A DNA stretch of 64,000 nt from Alphaproteobacteria bacterium. GTDB taxonomy: Bacteria; Pseudomonadota; Alphaproteobacteria; UBA7887. A program made the translations under genes and the position numbers. Location: assembly GCA_965216755.1 (NCBI GenBank), contig CBDCGL010000011.1, forward strand, positions 3,136,001-3,200,000, in the 5' to 3' direction. Below are positions 43,137-53,746 of the stretch, piece after piece. The notes beneath the pieces are model-generated. The model did not search any database and was not told the DNA's origin. It was given only the letters and a program-made list of their open reading frames with translations. The first letter of the stretch is position 1. Each line of letters begins with the position of its first letter.

Positions 43137-44299
43137 CTGCACGCGTCCTGGAGACGCCCGACCAAATCGGTGCGTTCCCACGAAAACCCGCCATCGGCTT
43201 CCGGCGTCCGGCCGAAATGGCCATAGGCGGCCGTACGTGCGTAAATCGGCCGACTCAGTTCAAGGTGCTCACGTATGCCGCGCGGCGACAAGTCGACCTC
43301 GGTGTGCAGCACTTTCTCGAGCTGGCCGTTTGTGACTCTGCCGGTGCCGTGGGTATCGACATATACCGCCAGCGGCTTTGAGACGCCGATGGCGTAGGCC
43401 AATTGGATCGTACAACGGTCGGCCAACTCCGCGGCGACCACGTTCTTTGCCAGATAACGCGCGGCATAGGCGGCTGAACGATCGACTTTGCTCGGGTCCT
43501 TGCCGGAAAACGCGCCCCCGCCATGAGGCGCCGCCCCGCCATAAGTATCGACAATGATCTTGCGCCCGGTGACCCCGGCGTCGCCGTCGGGACCACCGAT
43601 GACAAAGCGACCGGTCGGGTTGACGTAAAATTCCTCCTCAGGGCACATCCAACCGTCGGGAAGAACGTTTGTGACGTGCGGCCGTACGATATTGCGCACC
43701 TCGTCTTGACTGAGCGCCTCGGCATGCTGGGTCGACACGACAACCGACGTGGCACCGACGGGAATTCCGTCGACATAACGCAGCGTAACCTGTGTCTTGG
43801 CATCAGGGCCCAAGCCTGGTTCGGCGCCGGAATGCCGCGCTTCCGCCAATGATCTGAGAATTTGGTGGCTGTATTGAATCGGCGCCGGCATCAAGGCTGG
43901 TGTTTCGCGGCAGGCGTAACCAAACATGATTCCTTGGTCGCCGGCCCCCTCGTCTTTGTTGCCGGCCGCATCGACGCCCTGCGCGATATCGCCGGACTGC
44001 TGGTGCAGGTAGATTTCAACCCGCGCGTTGTTCCAATGAAAGCCATCCTGTTCGTAGCCGATGTCGCGCACAGCACTGCGTGCGATGCTCTCGATACGCT
44101 CCGGCGAGATGTCCGCGCCACGCGTTTCGCCAGCAATGACAATCAGATTGGTTGTGGTCAATGTCTCGGCCGCGACGCGCGCGACAGAATTTTCGGTTAG
44201 AAACGCATCGACGATCGCATCCGAAATGCGATCGCAGACCTTGTCCGGATGGCCTTCGGACACCGATTCACTGGTAAATAGATGCTCGGAGTGCGACAT
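43133..44299 (-). CDS. metK: S-adenosylmethionine synthetase
   Basis: [38 protein letters not shown]. Confidence 0.98.
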   Translation of the reverse strand: MSHSEHLFTSESVSEGHPDKVCDRISDAIVDAFLTENSVARVAAETLTTTNLIVIAGETRGADISPERIESIARSAVRDIGYEQDGFHWNNARVEIYLHQQSGDIAQGVDAAGNKDEGAGDQGIMFGYACRETPALMPAPIQYSHQILRSLAEARHSGAEPGLGPDAKTQVTLRYVDGIPVGATSVVVSTQHAEALSQDEVRNIVRPHVTNVLPDGWMCPEEEFYVNPTGRFVIGGPDGDAGVTGRKIIVDTYGGAAPHGGGAFSGKDPSKVDRSAAYAARYLAKNVVAAELADRCTIQLAYAIGVSKPLAVYVDTHGTGRVTNGQLEKVLHTEVDLSPRGIREHLELSRPIYARTAAYGHFGRTPEADGGFSWERTDLVGRLQDACS

Positions 44300-44505
44300 G
44301 CGGTCTCCCCATCGGAAAATGTTTGATTGGAATACGCGCACGCCAGTGGTCGTCGCGCTGGGTCCAATTCAGCGTGCTTGCGCGCAGGCGCACCCATGCC
44401 CGTGGCCGCCAGATCGCGGTTGATAGCACCTGTCTGCAAAAATTTCTACGGCTGCGGTTCTCGTCCGGTGGCCGCCAACACCGGCCAAGCAATATGGAAC
44501 CGCCC

Positions 44506-44925
44506 TTAATCGGGGTTCGAGCCGTTGCTGTCCGTATCACCCAGCGCCTTGACCAAATCAAAAACGCGGCGCCGGACGCCGGCGCTGGGGATACGATGAT
44601 ACGCACGCACCAACTCCAGCGTTTCCCGCTTGGTCAGAGGATTGTCGTCGAATGGCTCCTGGCGTTCGGCCATGCCACGCACGGCATTGGCATCGCTGCC
44701 CGGCATATCATCGAAAAAGAACGACACCGGAACGTTCAGCACCTTGGCCAGTTGATATAGCCGGCTGGAGCCGACCCGATTGGTGCCGCGTTCGTATTTC
44801 TGCACTTGCTGAAACGTCAGCCCAATGGCCGCGCCCAGTTTTTCCTGACTCATGCCAAGCAACGTGCGCCGCAATCGAATACGCCCGCCGACGTGAATAT
44901 CAACCGGGTTCGGCTTTGCCGCCAT
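44506..44925 (-). CDS. praR: XRE-family HTH regulator, PraR/PhrR-like
   Basis: PNPVDIHVG.RIRLRR..LGMSQEKLG...G.TFQQVQKYE.GTNRV; lnt-HTH-metK synteny. Confidence 0.8.
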   Translation of the reverse strand: MAAKPNPVDIHVGGRIRLRRTLLGMSQEKLGAAIGLTFQQVQKYERGTNRVGSSRLYQLAKVLNVPVSFFFDDMPGSDANAVRGMAERQEPFDDNPLTKRETLELVRAYHRIPSAGVRRRVFDLVKALGDTDSNGSNPD

Positions 44926-45415
44926 GGAAACAACTCCTCACTTCGACGTACGTATTGTAAAGCGCGCCCTGCGCGGAAACACACTATCGTTGCTTAGCAA
45001 GGCAGCTCACAACCCCTCCCAAAACGATCCCGCGAAGCGCCGATGCGCCGTCCGGCCGCCCCTGGTCCAAAGTGGTGCCACGTAATAACACGGCAACGAA
45101 TGCACCACGCCACGCCCGTGACCCCGGGGCACCAATACCTTGTACTGCCTGGTCGCCTGGCACACAAGCGCTTCGCCGCTGGGTTTACGCACGACATTCG
45201 TGAATTGCCCGCCCTGTTAGAGGAAGCGCCACGCGGCCGCAACCCTCGCAACGCGCTGGCTTGTTTAGCCTTGCAACAAAGGCGAATGGTGCAGCAGCTT
45301 TATCGCCTGCGGTTTGTACGCCTTTAATCACGGTGGCGAAGACAAATGGCCTATTTCCTTTAGCGGTATGGCGCGGTTGGCGGGACCATGCCGCGGCTAG
45401 CTATTTCATACTATT

Positions 45416-47008
45416 TTAGGCCGCCATTTTGGAATTTCGAGTCACCCGATATATCGTCGCCGCGGCAAGAATAAAGCCGACCAACACAAGAATTGGCGCG
45501 TTGCCCAAGCGCGCATATACGGTTGGGGCGATCGCCGATGGCAACGTGGCATCCAAAACGTCGGCCGTGCCAAGGTCCAATCGTGCAATTTCGCGCCCAT
45601 AGGCATCGGCTATCAACGAGATCCCTGTATTGGCGGCGCGGACCAGTGGCAGGCCTTCTTCGATCGATCGCGTGCGGGCTTGCGCCAAATGCTGATAAGG
45701 CCCCGGACTGATGCCATACCACGCGTCGTTGGTGACATTTAGCAACCATGCCGGGCGTTGTTCAGCCTTGACCACCGCGCCGGGAAAAATCGCTTCATAG
45801 CAGATCAGCGGGCTGAACGGCGGCAACGCGCCGGCGGTTATTGTTTGTGGGCCCGGGCCACGCGAGAAGTCGGTATCGCCAACCGTAAGCTTGGCAACAT
45901 CCAATATAGCGCGAAACGGGAAATACTCACCGAACGGCACCAAATGAAACTTGTCATACGTCGCCGTGATATCACCATCGTGTGCAACGGCATGCAGACT
46001 GTTCCAATAGCGTAACTTGCCGTCGGGCGCGCTTGCGGCACGCACCGCACCGGCAATCACGGTCCGCCTGTCATCGGTAAGCCGCCCGATCGCGGCACGT
46101 GCCTCGGGTGTGTTTTCTAACAAAAACGGTACTGCGGTTTCCGGCCAGATCACGGCGTCGACGTCGTCAAGACCGGGCGCAAGAGTCAATTCGACATGGG
46201 CGTTGAAGTGCGCGACGCGCAAGTCATCACGCCATTTATGATGCTGCGCAATATTGGCTTGAACAATGCGTAGCCGCGGCCCGGGGGCAGCCGGCATTGT
46301 GGCCGCCGGCACAGTGGCAGCAAGACGCGCGACGCCGCCCGCCCACAACAACCCTGGCACGAGACCGATGAGCGCCAGCGCCATCCAAATCGTCGCCCGC
46401 CGCGGCTGTTGACCGACACCGGCGCACGGATTCGATGGCCACATTACAGCCGGCGCGGTGGCCGCGACAACGGTCACGAACGACAGCGCGAATATCCCGC
46501 CATATGCCGTTATCTGCATCATTGTTGCGGAATATGCCCATGCATAACCGATCAGATTCCACGGCAAACCGCCCAGAATCACATAGCCGCGCAACCATTC
46601 CGTGGCGCTCCAAGCTGCCGCAAAAACCATAACCCCGGCGATCCCGCGCACGTTCCAGCACGCCACCAACCAGGTCGCCAATCCGGCAAACAGGGCCAGG
46701 CTCGCGGCCAGCAAAACAACGGCAAATGGCGCCAACCATGGCATGATGGCGGCGACCGCAAAGGCATTGCCGACCCAATACATCCCGGCACCGAAAAAAC
46801 CGAAGCCGAAACTCCATCCGATCGCGAAACTTGCAACATGGCCACGGCTGGTCTGGACCATCCACAGCAGCAAGACGAACGCCGGTATCAAGAGCGGTAG
46901 CACAAAAAACGGTGCCATGGCGCCAGCGGCCAAGACCCCGGCGCAAAATGCGATCGCCAAACGTCGCCACCCACCGACGCGGCCAACCGCACGGGCCAAG
47001 CGTGTCAT
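45416..47008 (-). CDS. lnt: Apolipoprotein N-acyltransferase
   Basis: EWLRG, PWNLIGY, WPE, YDKFHLVPFGEY, ICYE, NDAWYG, RAANTGIS. Confidence 0.96.
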   Translation of the reverse strand: MTRLARAVGRVGGWRRLAIAFCAGVLAAGAMAPFFVLPLLIPAFVLLLWMVQTSRGHVASFAIGWSFGFGFFGAGMYWVGNAFAVAAIMPWLAPFAVVLLAASLALFAGLATWLVACWNVRGIAGVMVFAAAWSATEWLRGYVILGGLPWNLIGYAWAYSATMMQITAYGGIFALSFVTVVAATAPAVMWPSNPCAGVGQQPRRATIWMALALIGLVPGLLWAGGVARLAATVPAATMPAAPGPRLRIVQANIAQHHKWRDDLRVAHFNAHVELTLAPGLDDVDAVIWPETAVPFLLENTPEARAAIGRLTDDRRTVIAGAVRAASAPDGKLRYWNSLHAVAHDGDITATYDKFHLVPFGEYFPFRAILDVAKLTVGDTDFSRGPGPQTITAGALPPFSPLICYEAIFPGAVVKAEQRPAWLLNVTNDAWYGISPGPYQHLAQARTRSIEEGLPLVRAANTGISLIADAYGREIARLDLGTADVLDATLPSAIAPTVYARLGNAPILVLVGFILAAATIYRVTRNSKMAA

Positions 47009-47029
47009 GGGCAAACCTATCGCGCGGTT

Positions 47030-48088
47030 CTAATGATCAGCAGCACTGGTTGCGTCGGTATCGCTCGGCGCGGGGCGATGAACACACAATCGCCGTATGC
47101 GGCGCGGATCGCCCTCCAAAATCTCGAAAGACAGTCCGGCGGGATGCACGATGCGCTCGCCAGGCTCAGGCACCCGCCCAGCCAACTCGAACACCAGCCC
47201 GCCCAGCGTATCGATATCGTCCTGGCGTTCGGGCGGCAGCAAAGCCAGACCGACCATCGCTTCCAATTCTGGCACCGGGACACGCGCGTCGGCTTCGATC
47301 CGACGCCGGTCGCGCTCAATCAACAGCGGCCGCGCGGCGCGGTCATGTTCGTCCTCGATTTCGCCAACGATTTCTTCGACCAAGTCCTCAATCGTCACCA
47401 AGCCATCGGTGCCGCCATGTTCGTCGACAACCAGGGCCATGTGCACTTTGGTTGCGCGCATCTGCACCAACAAATCGCGCACCGGCATCGATGGCGGTAC
47501 GAACAGAAGTCGACGCGCCAGACCGCCGATCTCAATCGGGCGATCGGCGCCCCAATAGCGCAGCAGATCACGGACGTGAACCATGCCCAATACGTCATCC
47601 AGCGTGCCCCGATAAACTGGCAGGCGCGAATGGCCTTGACGCGACATCAGGCCGACCACTTCGTCCAAGGGTGTCTCATGCGCGACCGCCACGATGTCCG
47701 CGCGCGGCACCATGACATCCTCGACCTCAAGGCCACCAAACTCGAGCAGATTGCGCAGCATGGTTCGTTCGTCTTCGGACAACGGCTCGGCGCCCGGGTC
47801 TTCTTCTTCAATCAGCTCCTCGAGCGATTCCCGCAACCCATTGTCGGAACCGCCCAGTCCGGCCAACGACAAAAGCCAGTTGCCAAACCAGCGCAGCGGT
47901 TGACTCTCGCCGCCGGTTGACGACGCACCGTCGGTGCCCCGGCCGTCGGTGCCCCGGCCGTCGGCGCCGGCTGCCACAGCCGCCGGTTTGGCGCCTTTGA
48001 CCATCGGTCCCGATTGGCCGGCCACGTGACCAAGCGCTGATTTGTGCAGCGCGCCATCGACGGCGCGGCGGGATGAAGGTTCACTCAT
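47030..48088 (-). CDS. corC: CorC/HlyC (CBS domain) Mg/Co transporter-associated protein
   Basis: DVMVPRADI, HSRLPVY, VDEHGGTDGLVTIEDLVEEIVGEIEDEHD. Confidence 0.9.
   Translation of the reverse strand: MSEPSSRRAVDGALHKSALGHVAGQSGPMVKGAKPAAVAAGADGRGTDGRGTDGASSTGGESQPLRWFGNWLLSLAGLGGSDNGLRESLEELIEEEDPGAEPLSEDERTMLRNLLEFGGLEVEDVMVPRADIVAVAHETPLDEVVGLMSRQGHSRLPVYRGTLDDVLGMVHVRDLLRYWGADRPIEIGGLARRLLFVPPSMPVRDLLVQMRATKVHMALVVDEHGGTDGLVTIEDLVEEIVGEIEDEHDRAARPLLIERDRRRIEADARVPVPELEAMVGLALLPPERQDDIDTLGGLVFELAGRVPEPGERIVHPAGLSFEILEGDPRRIRRLCVHRPAPSDTDATSAADH
47928..47964. repeat. About 2.5 x 15-bp tandem repeat in the corC N-terminal region
   Basis: CCGTCGGTGCCCCGG twice plus a partial copy; protein ADGRGTDGRGTDG. 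Confidence 0.8.
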
Positions 48089-48602
48089 GAGTCCGTACAG
48101 CATCGCGGTTGCTCGATGTCTCCCGGGCATAAGGGTTGGCAATACCTAAAGTGGTCAAAATCCGTCGCTCATGAGATTCCATCCGGCCCGCCTGAGCCGG
48201 CGTCTCGTGGTCATGGCCGCACAGATGCAGAACACCGTGGACGACCAGGTGCGCGACATGATCTTCAAAAGACTTGCCCTGCGTGCCCGCCTCACGCCTG
48301 ACCGTCTCGAAACTCAAGCAGACATCGCCCGCCAGCCGCGGCGCTTTGCCGATGCTCGGGCTGTCGGCGGGAAACGCCAACACGTTGGTGGCGCGGTCGC
48401 GGCTGCGATAGCGGCGGTTGAGACCACGCATGACCGAGTCATTGGTGAGAAAAATGCTCAGATCGCCGACATCACCGGCCGCCTCAACGGCAGCACGCGC
48501 GGCCCGTCGGCAAAGCGACACGCAGGCCGGTATGCCTTGCCAGCGTGGGTCGTCGACAGCAATGTCGATCGCAGATCCGTCGTCGTCGGCGTCGCCGCTC
48601 AT
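48081..48602 (-). CDS. ybeY: rRNA maturation endoribonuclease YbeY
   Basis: LNRRYR..D.ATNVLAFP, HLVVHGVLHLCGHDH. Confidence 0.94.
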   Translation of the reverse strand: MSGDADDDGSAIDIAVDDPRWQGIPACVSLCRRAARAAVEAAGDVGDLSIFLTNDSVMRGLNRRYRSRDRATNVLAFPADSPSIGKAPRLAGDVCLSFETVRREAGTQGKSFEDHVAHLVVHGVLHLCGHDHETPAQAGRMESHERRILTTLGIANPYARETSSNRDAVRTHE

Positions 48603-49648
48603 GACCTTTCAGGCGCCGTTGTCGCGCTTTCCGGCGCTGGCGCTTGTCGCTCTTTCGCCGCATCCCGGTCCTGATACGCCCGCACGATCTTTGTCACCAG
48701 CGGGTGTCGAACCACATCGGCGTCGGTGAACTGGACAACTCTAACGCCCTCGACGTGGCGCGTCACGGATAACGCGTCGTGCAAGCCGGATCGTTCGCCG
48801 CGGGGAAGATCGATTTGCGAGGGATCGCCGGTTACCACCATGCGTGAATGTTCACCCAGTCGGGTTAAGAACATCTTCATTTGCACGGGCGTCGCGTTCT
48901 GCGCTTCATCGAGGATCACAAAAGCGTTGGCCAACGTGCGGCCACGCATAAAGGCCAACGGTGCAACTTCGATCTCGCCGCTTTCTAAGCGATGGGTTAC
49001 GCGATCGGCCGGCATCATGTCGTAGAGCGCGTCATAAAGCGGCCGCAGATAGGGGTCGACTTTTTCGCGCAAATCCCCAGGCAGAAAGCCCAGGCGTTCG
49101 CCGGCTTCGACGGCCGGTCGAGACAACACAATGCGATCGACGTGGCCTTTTGAGAGCATCGACACGGCAATGGCGACAGCCAGATAGGTCTTGCCCGTGC
49201 CAGCCGGTCCAATCCCAAATACCAACTCGGCCTCGCGGATCGCGCGTACGTACGCCGCTTGATTGGGCGACCGCGGCATGATTTGGTGCCGCTGGGTTTG
49301 GATAAATGTGTCCTCGGAGATCAGCCGCGCTCGGGGCTCGGTCTCGTCACGGGCCGCCGCCATGCGCAGCGCCGCATCAACTTCGTCCGGACCAACGTCC
49401 TTGCCCGATTCCAACATCGTGTAGAGTTCCGCCAAGACGTCGCGCGCCGCCGCCGTCTGCCGCGCCGCGCCTGAAACCGCCAAGCGGTTACCGCGACTCG
49501 AAATCCATACCCCCAATTTCTGTTCGATTCGCGCCAAGTGCTGGTCGTGCTCGCCGAACAGCGCGCCCAGCAGCGCGTTGTCATCAAAGCTGACGTAGAG
49601 TGTGGATTTCTCCAAAGTGGACTTCTGCGATCGACGAGGTCGAGTCAA
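48599..49648 (-). CDS. phoH: PhoH family ATPase (YbeZ)
   Basis: [39 protein letters not shown]. Confidence 0.95.
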   Translation of the reverse strand: MTRPRRSQKSTLEKSTLYVSFDDNALLGALFGEHDQHLARIEQKLGVWISSRGNRLAVSGAARQTAAARDVLAELYTMLESGKDVGPDEVDAALRMAAARDETEPRARLISEDTFIQTQRHQIMPRSPNQAAYVRAIREAELVFGIGPAGTGKTYLAVAIAVSMLSKGHVDRIVLSRPAVEAGERLGFLPGDLREKVDPYLRPLYDALYDMMPADRVTHRLESGEIEVAPLAFMRGRTLANAFVILDEAQNATPVQMKMFLTRLGEHSRMVVTGDPSQIDLPRGERSGLHDALSVTRHVEGVRVVQFTDADVVRHPLVTKIVRAYQDRDAAKERQAPAPESATTAPERS

Positions 49649-51045
49649 TCAGCTCTCCTTAATGGCCCAGCGGCCAACGCCACCGGTTGTTCGTGCCCAT
49701 CTGGAATTGCTGCCAAACTATTCGCATGGCATTCGATAACGCGAACGCGTTCGATATCCCCCGGCTGCGCCGCCGTGGCGGTCACGTGAACCGGTTGCAG
49801 ATAGGGGCTGCGGCCGACAAGCTGGCCCGCGTGCCGACCAGGCTTTTCGTAGAGAACCGAAACATCCGTGCCGATGATAGACCGGTTGAAGGCTTGCTTC
49901 TGTTGCTCCAATAGATCTTGTAGCGTCGCCAACCGAGTTGTTTTCGTGGCTTCTGGCACGTGGTCTTTCAGCGCTGCCGCGGGTGTCCCGGGGCGGGGGC
50001 TGAATTTGAATGAAAACGCCTGGGCAAATTCCACGTCCGCCACAAGCGCCATTGTGGCAGCGAAATCGTCTTCGGTCTCGCCCGGAAAACCGACGATGAA
50101 ATCAGAAGACAAGGCCAAGTCTTGTCGCGCCGCCCGCAATCGATCAACGATGCGCCGATAATCATCAGCCGTATAACGACGGTTCATCGCCCCCAGCACC
50201 CGATCCGATCCGGATTGTATCGGCAAATGTAGAAACGGCATCAACTTGGATTCGTCGCGATGCGCTGCGATCAAGTCCGCGTCGACGTCGCGCGGGTGCG
50301 AGGTTGTGTAGCGAATGCGCGCCAGACCATCGATTTTGGCCAGCCTGCGAATCAACGGCCCCAATCCCAAGGCGCCGCGATCATCGTCGCGGCCATGAAA
50401 GGCATTGACGTTTTGGCCAAGTAGGCAGATTTCGCGCGTGCCGCGCGCAACCATGGTTTCGGCCTCTTCGACAATCGCATCCACGGGGCGCGAAAATTCG
50501 GCACCGCGCGTGTAAGGCACCACGCAAAATGTGCAGAACTTGTCACACCCTTCTTGAATCGTTAGGAAATCGACCACCGCCGATGCCTGTCGCACGGACG
50601 AAAAATGGTCGAACTTGTCCTCGGCCGGAAAATCCGTTGCCACGGCTCTCTCACCGGCCGACACCTGCGCGATCAATCCCGGCAGCGCATGGGTCATTTG
50701 CGGCCCGACCACGATATCGACGTGGGGCGCCCGGCGCTGAATCTCCTCACTCTCGGCCTGCGCCACACATCCGGCGACGGCGATCACCATGCGCCGGCCA
50801 TTTCGCTCGGCACGTTTCTGCAAGCGGCGCAAACGGCCAAGCTCGGAAAAAACCTTTTCCGCCGCCTTTTCGCGGATGTGGCATGTATTCAAAATGACCA
50901 TGTCGGCGGCGTCAGGTTCTTCCACCGGTCTGTAGCCGAGTGGCCCCAGCACATCGACCATGCGCGCCGAATCGTAGACGTTCATTTGGCAGCCATATGT
51001 CTTGATATAAACCCGCTTGCCGCTTCGGGCGGGCGTATCTGCCAT
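49645..51045 (-). CDS. miaB: tRNA-2-methylthio-N6-dimethylallyladenosine synthase
   Basis: [19 protein letters not shown] radical-SAM motif, IVGFPGET. Confidence 0.97.
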   Translation of the reverse strand: MADTPARSGKRVYIKTYGCQMNVYDSARMVDVLGPLGYRPVEEPDAADMVILNTCHIREKAAEKVFSELGRLRRLQKRAERNGRRMVIAVAGCVAQAESEEIQRRAPHVDIVVGPQMTHALPGLIAQVSAGERAVATDFPAEDKFDHFSSVRQASAVVDFLTIQEGCDKFCTFCVVPYTRGAEFSRPVDAIVEEAETMVARGTREICLLGQNVNAFHGRDDDRGALGLGPLIRRLAKIDGLARIRYTTSHPRDVDADLIAAHRDESKLMPFLHLPIQSGSDRVLGAMNRRYTADDYRRIVDRLRAARQDLALSSDFIVGFPGETEDDFAATMALVADVEFAQAFSFKFSPRPGTPAAALKDHVPEATKTTRLATLQDLLEQQKQAFNRSIIGTDVSVLYEKPGRHAGQLVGRSPYLQPVHVTATAAQPGDIERVRVIECHANSLAAIPDGHEQPVALAAGPLRRAD

Positions 51046-51301
51046 GACCGATGGAGAGAGCGGTTCGGGATCAGGCACGTGCGCCAATCTTACCCACAGC
51101 CGCGAGCGACGGGATGGCGTCGGTCGGAAGCTGGAAGGTGCTGCGCTCGCGGCACCGACCGGCAAATGGTCTTGCGTACGAGGCCGCCACGGCAGATTCG
51201 TACCGAAAACGGAACGAAACAGGATCGCGACTACAAGTAATGGACAATTCGACCGCGCGTTTAGCTTTTTCTCGCTGATATCATCGCCTTGTCTCTGCTC
51301 G

Positions 51302-51320
51302 CTCGAGCCGTGTCCGACAA
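51302..51320. repeat. Solo copy of the MITE terminal repeat
   Basis: CTCGAGCCGTGTCCGACAA; 14-bp exact match to one TIR of the 42940-43136 element. Confidence 0.5.
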
Positions 51321-51333
51321 GCGGCGATATAGT

Positions 51334-52176
51334 TTAAACCTTAGCATTCGGCGGGGGGCTGTCAAGCGCACCCGAAATTGCACCGTGCCCGCTGTTCGTG
51401 GCCACCGGTTGTCCGTTCAAGGCATTTGCCAGGCCGTCGCTCACCGTCTGCTGGCACCACGCGGCCATGGCTTTGCGCGAACCAAAATCATCAATGGTGA
51501 CCGGGCGGTGATAGATCACCTTGACCGCAAACGTCCCCAGACCCAGCGCAACCCACAAATGGCCCATTAAGTCCATGTCGCCATACCACGCCACCAACGG
51601 CCGGTTGGCACGCCCGATCGGCAAACCATTCAGATCTGTATAGGCAACTGTGACCGGTTGGACCAGCACATGGCCGCCGTCGACGGCGCGCTCTGCAATA
51701 CTAAAAAACGTGCTGTTGAAGCGCATGACGCGGTTGCCATTGTTGCTGGTGCCCTCTGGGAACAGGATGATGCTGTCGCCATCTTCCAGCCGCTGTTGCA
51801 GCTCGTCACGTTCCGCGCGGCTGCGCGACGTGCGTCGTGCGACGAAAACACTCCGCTGAAGCTTTGCCAGCATTCCGAATAGCGGCCAACCGGCGACCTC
51901 CTGTTTGGCGACAAACGACGCCCGCAGCACGGCGCCAAGCACAACGATATCGAGATATGACGCGTGATTGACCACAAACAGCACCGGTGCTTGCGCCGCA
52001 GGCATGCCGATTTCCTTAACGTCGATGCCCATCAAATAGCAATTGCCGCGATGATAAAGTTGCGGGACAGCCTTGGCTAAGCGTGGACTGACACGCACCG
52101 CAACGATTTGGACCGGCAGCAACAATGCCATCCATGCCGCGCAAAGAACCGCCCGCAGCGCCGCACGCACCACCAT
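51334..52176 (-). CDS. olsA: Lyso-ornithine lipid O-acyltransferase (PlsC family)
   Basis: NHASYLDI, FVAK, FPEGTS, WYGDMDL; directly downstream of olsB. Confidence 0.85.
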   Translation of the reverse strand: MVVRAALRAVLCAAWMALLLPVQIVAVRVSPRLAKAVPQLYHRGNCYLMGIDVKEIGMPAAQAPVLFVVNHASYLDIVVLGAVLRASFVAKQEVAGWPLFGMLAKLQRSVFVARRTSRSRAERDELQQRLEDGDSIILFPEGTSNNGNRVMRFNSTFFSIAERAVDGGHVLVQPVTVAYTDLNGLPIGRANRPLVAWYGDMDLMGHLWVALGLGTFAVKVIYHRPVTIDDFGSRKAMAAWCQQTVSDGLANALNGQPVATNSGHGAISGALDSPPPNAKV

Positions 52177-52188
52177 TCTGGGCCCGCG

Positions 52189-53010
52189 TCAGACCGCTCC
52201 GACGTGACGCGCCGCCGATTGATAATGTTGGCGGTACTTGTCAGCGACCAGAGCCGTCTTGACCACCACGCAAACATCGGTTGTGTGGAACTGGTGATCG
52301 ATCACCGCGCCGTCGCCGACAAACCCGCCCAACCGCAAATAGCCTTTGATCAGCGGCGGCAACGTCTCCAGTGCCCGGCGTCGATTGATATCGGCCGCCG
52401 CAATCCGATTCATCGGCTGGTAAATATGCGCCAGCGCCCGCGGCCGCAATCCGTCCGGCGCCAAGTGGTGGTGGTACAGGTACGACAAGGGCAGCGCCAG
52501 CGCGTCTTGGTCAACACCCGCCAAACTGGCGCAGCCGAACATCAAAGCAATGTCGTGATAAAAAACGTAGGCGGCGATGCCACGCCACAACAAGGTCATC
52601 GTTGCACCGTTGCGATAGCCGGCATCGACGCATGACCGCCCAAGTTCCAGGATCTCGCCCTCATGGGCGACGATTTGGCAGATGTCATACTCGCCGGCGG
52701 TATAGTACCCGCCACAGCGGTCAGCGACGCTGCCGCGGTTGAGCCGGTAAGTACCGACCACACCGCTGGTGCCATGACCGCGTTCGTGATCGATCACCAA
52801 CAGATGATCGAAGCGGTCATCAAATTCGTCGAAATCACGCCCGCTGGCGGCCATGGCCTGCGACGGCACCGCATCCATCTCCTCATAAAAGACCCGATAA
52901 CGCAGGGCTTGCGCCGCCCGCACTTCGGACAATGATGCAGCCAAACGGACTTCCAGGCTGCCGGCATGGATTCCGCGCATGCCGTCGTCGAAAACTTCAG
53001 CGGTGGCCAT
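52189..53010 (-). CDS. olsB: Ornithine-acyl-ACP N-acyltransferase
   Basis: AQALRYRVFYEE, DHLLV.D, VGTYRL, ELGRSCV, PPLIKGYLRLG, F.TTD. Confidence 0.92.
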   Translation of the reverse strand: MATAEVFDDGMRGIHAGSLEVRLAASLSEVRAAQALRYRVFYEEMDAVPSQAMAASGRDFDEFDDRFDHLLVIDHERGHGTSGVVGTYRLNRGSVADRCGGYYTAGEYDICQIVAHEGEILELGRSCVDAGYRNGATMTLLWRGIAAYVFYHDIALMFGCASLAGVDQDALALPLSYLYHHHLAPDGLRPRALAHIYQPMNRIAAADINRRRALETLPPLIKGYLRLGGFVGDGAVIDHQFHTTDVCVVVKTALVADKYRQHYQSAARHVGAV

Positions 53011-53012
53011 TT

Positions 53013-53441
53013 CTATTCCTCGCCGTTGTCATCCAACGGTTCGCCAAACAACTCCAGGCGATGATCGACCAACCTGTAGCCAAGCTGCCGCGCCACCGCG
53101 CGCTGCAGGCGTTCGATCTCTTCATTCCGAAACTCAACCACCCGACCGGTGCGCAAATCAATCAGATGATCGTGATGTTCGCGGGTGGCCTGTTCATAAC
53201 GGGCACGACCATCGCCGAAATCCAACTTGTCGAGCACCTGCGCCTCTTCGAACAGGCGCACGGTGCGATAGACGGTGGCCATGCTGATTCGCGGATCAAT
53301 GGCCGTGGCGCGCCGATAGACCTCACTCGCATCGGGATGATCGTCGGCGTCCGACAGCACCCGCGCAATCACGCGGCGCTGCTCGGTCATCTTTAGACCT
53401 TTATCCATACACAGACGTTCGACCCGTGACTCTACCGTCAT
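53013..53441 (-). CDS. fur: Fur/Mur family metal-responsive regulator
   Basis: GLKMTEQRRVIA, DHPD, ATVYRTVRLFEE, HHDHLID. Confidence 0.93.
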   Translation of the reverse strand: MTVESRVERLCMDKGLKMTEQRRVIARVLSDADDHPDASEVYRRATAIDPRISMATVYRTVRLFEEAQVLDKLDFGDGRARYEQATREHHDHLIDLRTGRVVEFRNEEIERLQRAVARQLGYRLVDHRLELFGEPLDDNGEE

Positions 53442-53622
53442 GAAACGTGCTCCAGCCCCCACGCCGCAATCGTGGCCCGGACCAGCAATCCGTTGTTGCC
53501 AACGGCTGGTCGTGCACGCCGCACCGTCTGCGACATCCAAGCGATCATGGGACTGAAGCCCCCCCCTGTACGGGCCGCGGCCTTCAGCTTCTGAATGCCG
53601 GTCGCCAATACGAGCCGACCGG

Positions 53623-53651
53623 ACTATACGCCGCGCCGCCGCCGCAAACAA
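53623..53651 (-). promoter_or_regulatory. Sigma70-like promoter upstream of fur
   Basis: TTGTTT-N17-TATAGT. Confidence 0.4.
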
Positions 53652-53746
53652 CCAAGGCGCGGACGCCGCGCCCCCAACAGCTTGATTTGCATGGTTCATG
53701 CACGCCATAGTGGGACACTATGCCGTGCGATCTTGTCAATAATGTG

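Noticed and set aside
44300-44505. SAM-II/SAM-V riboswitch upstream of metK
   Set aside because: The GATTTG...GCTAAA pseudoknot signature is not visible
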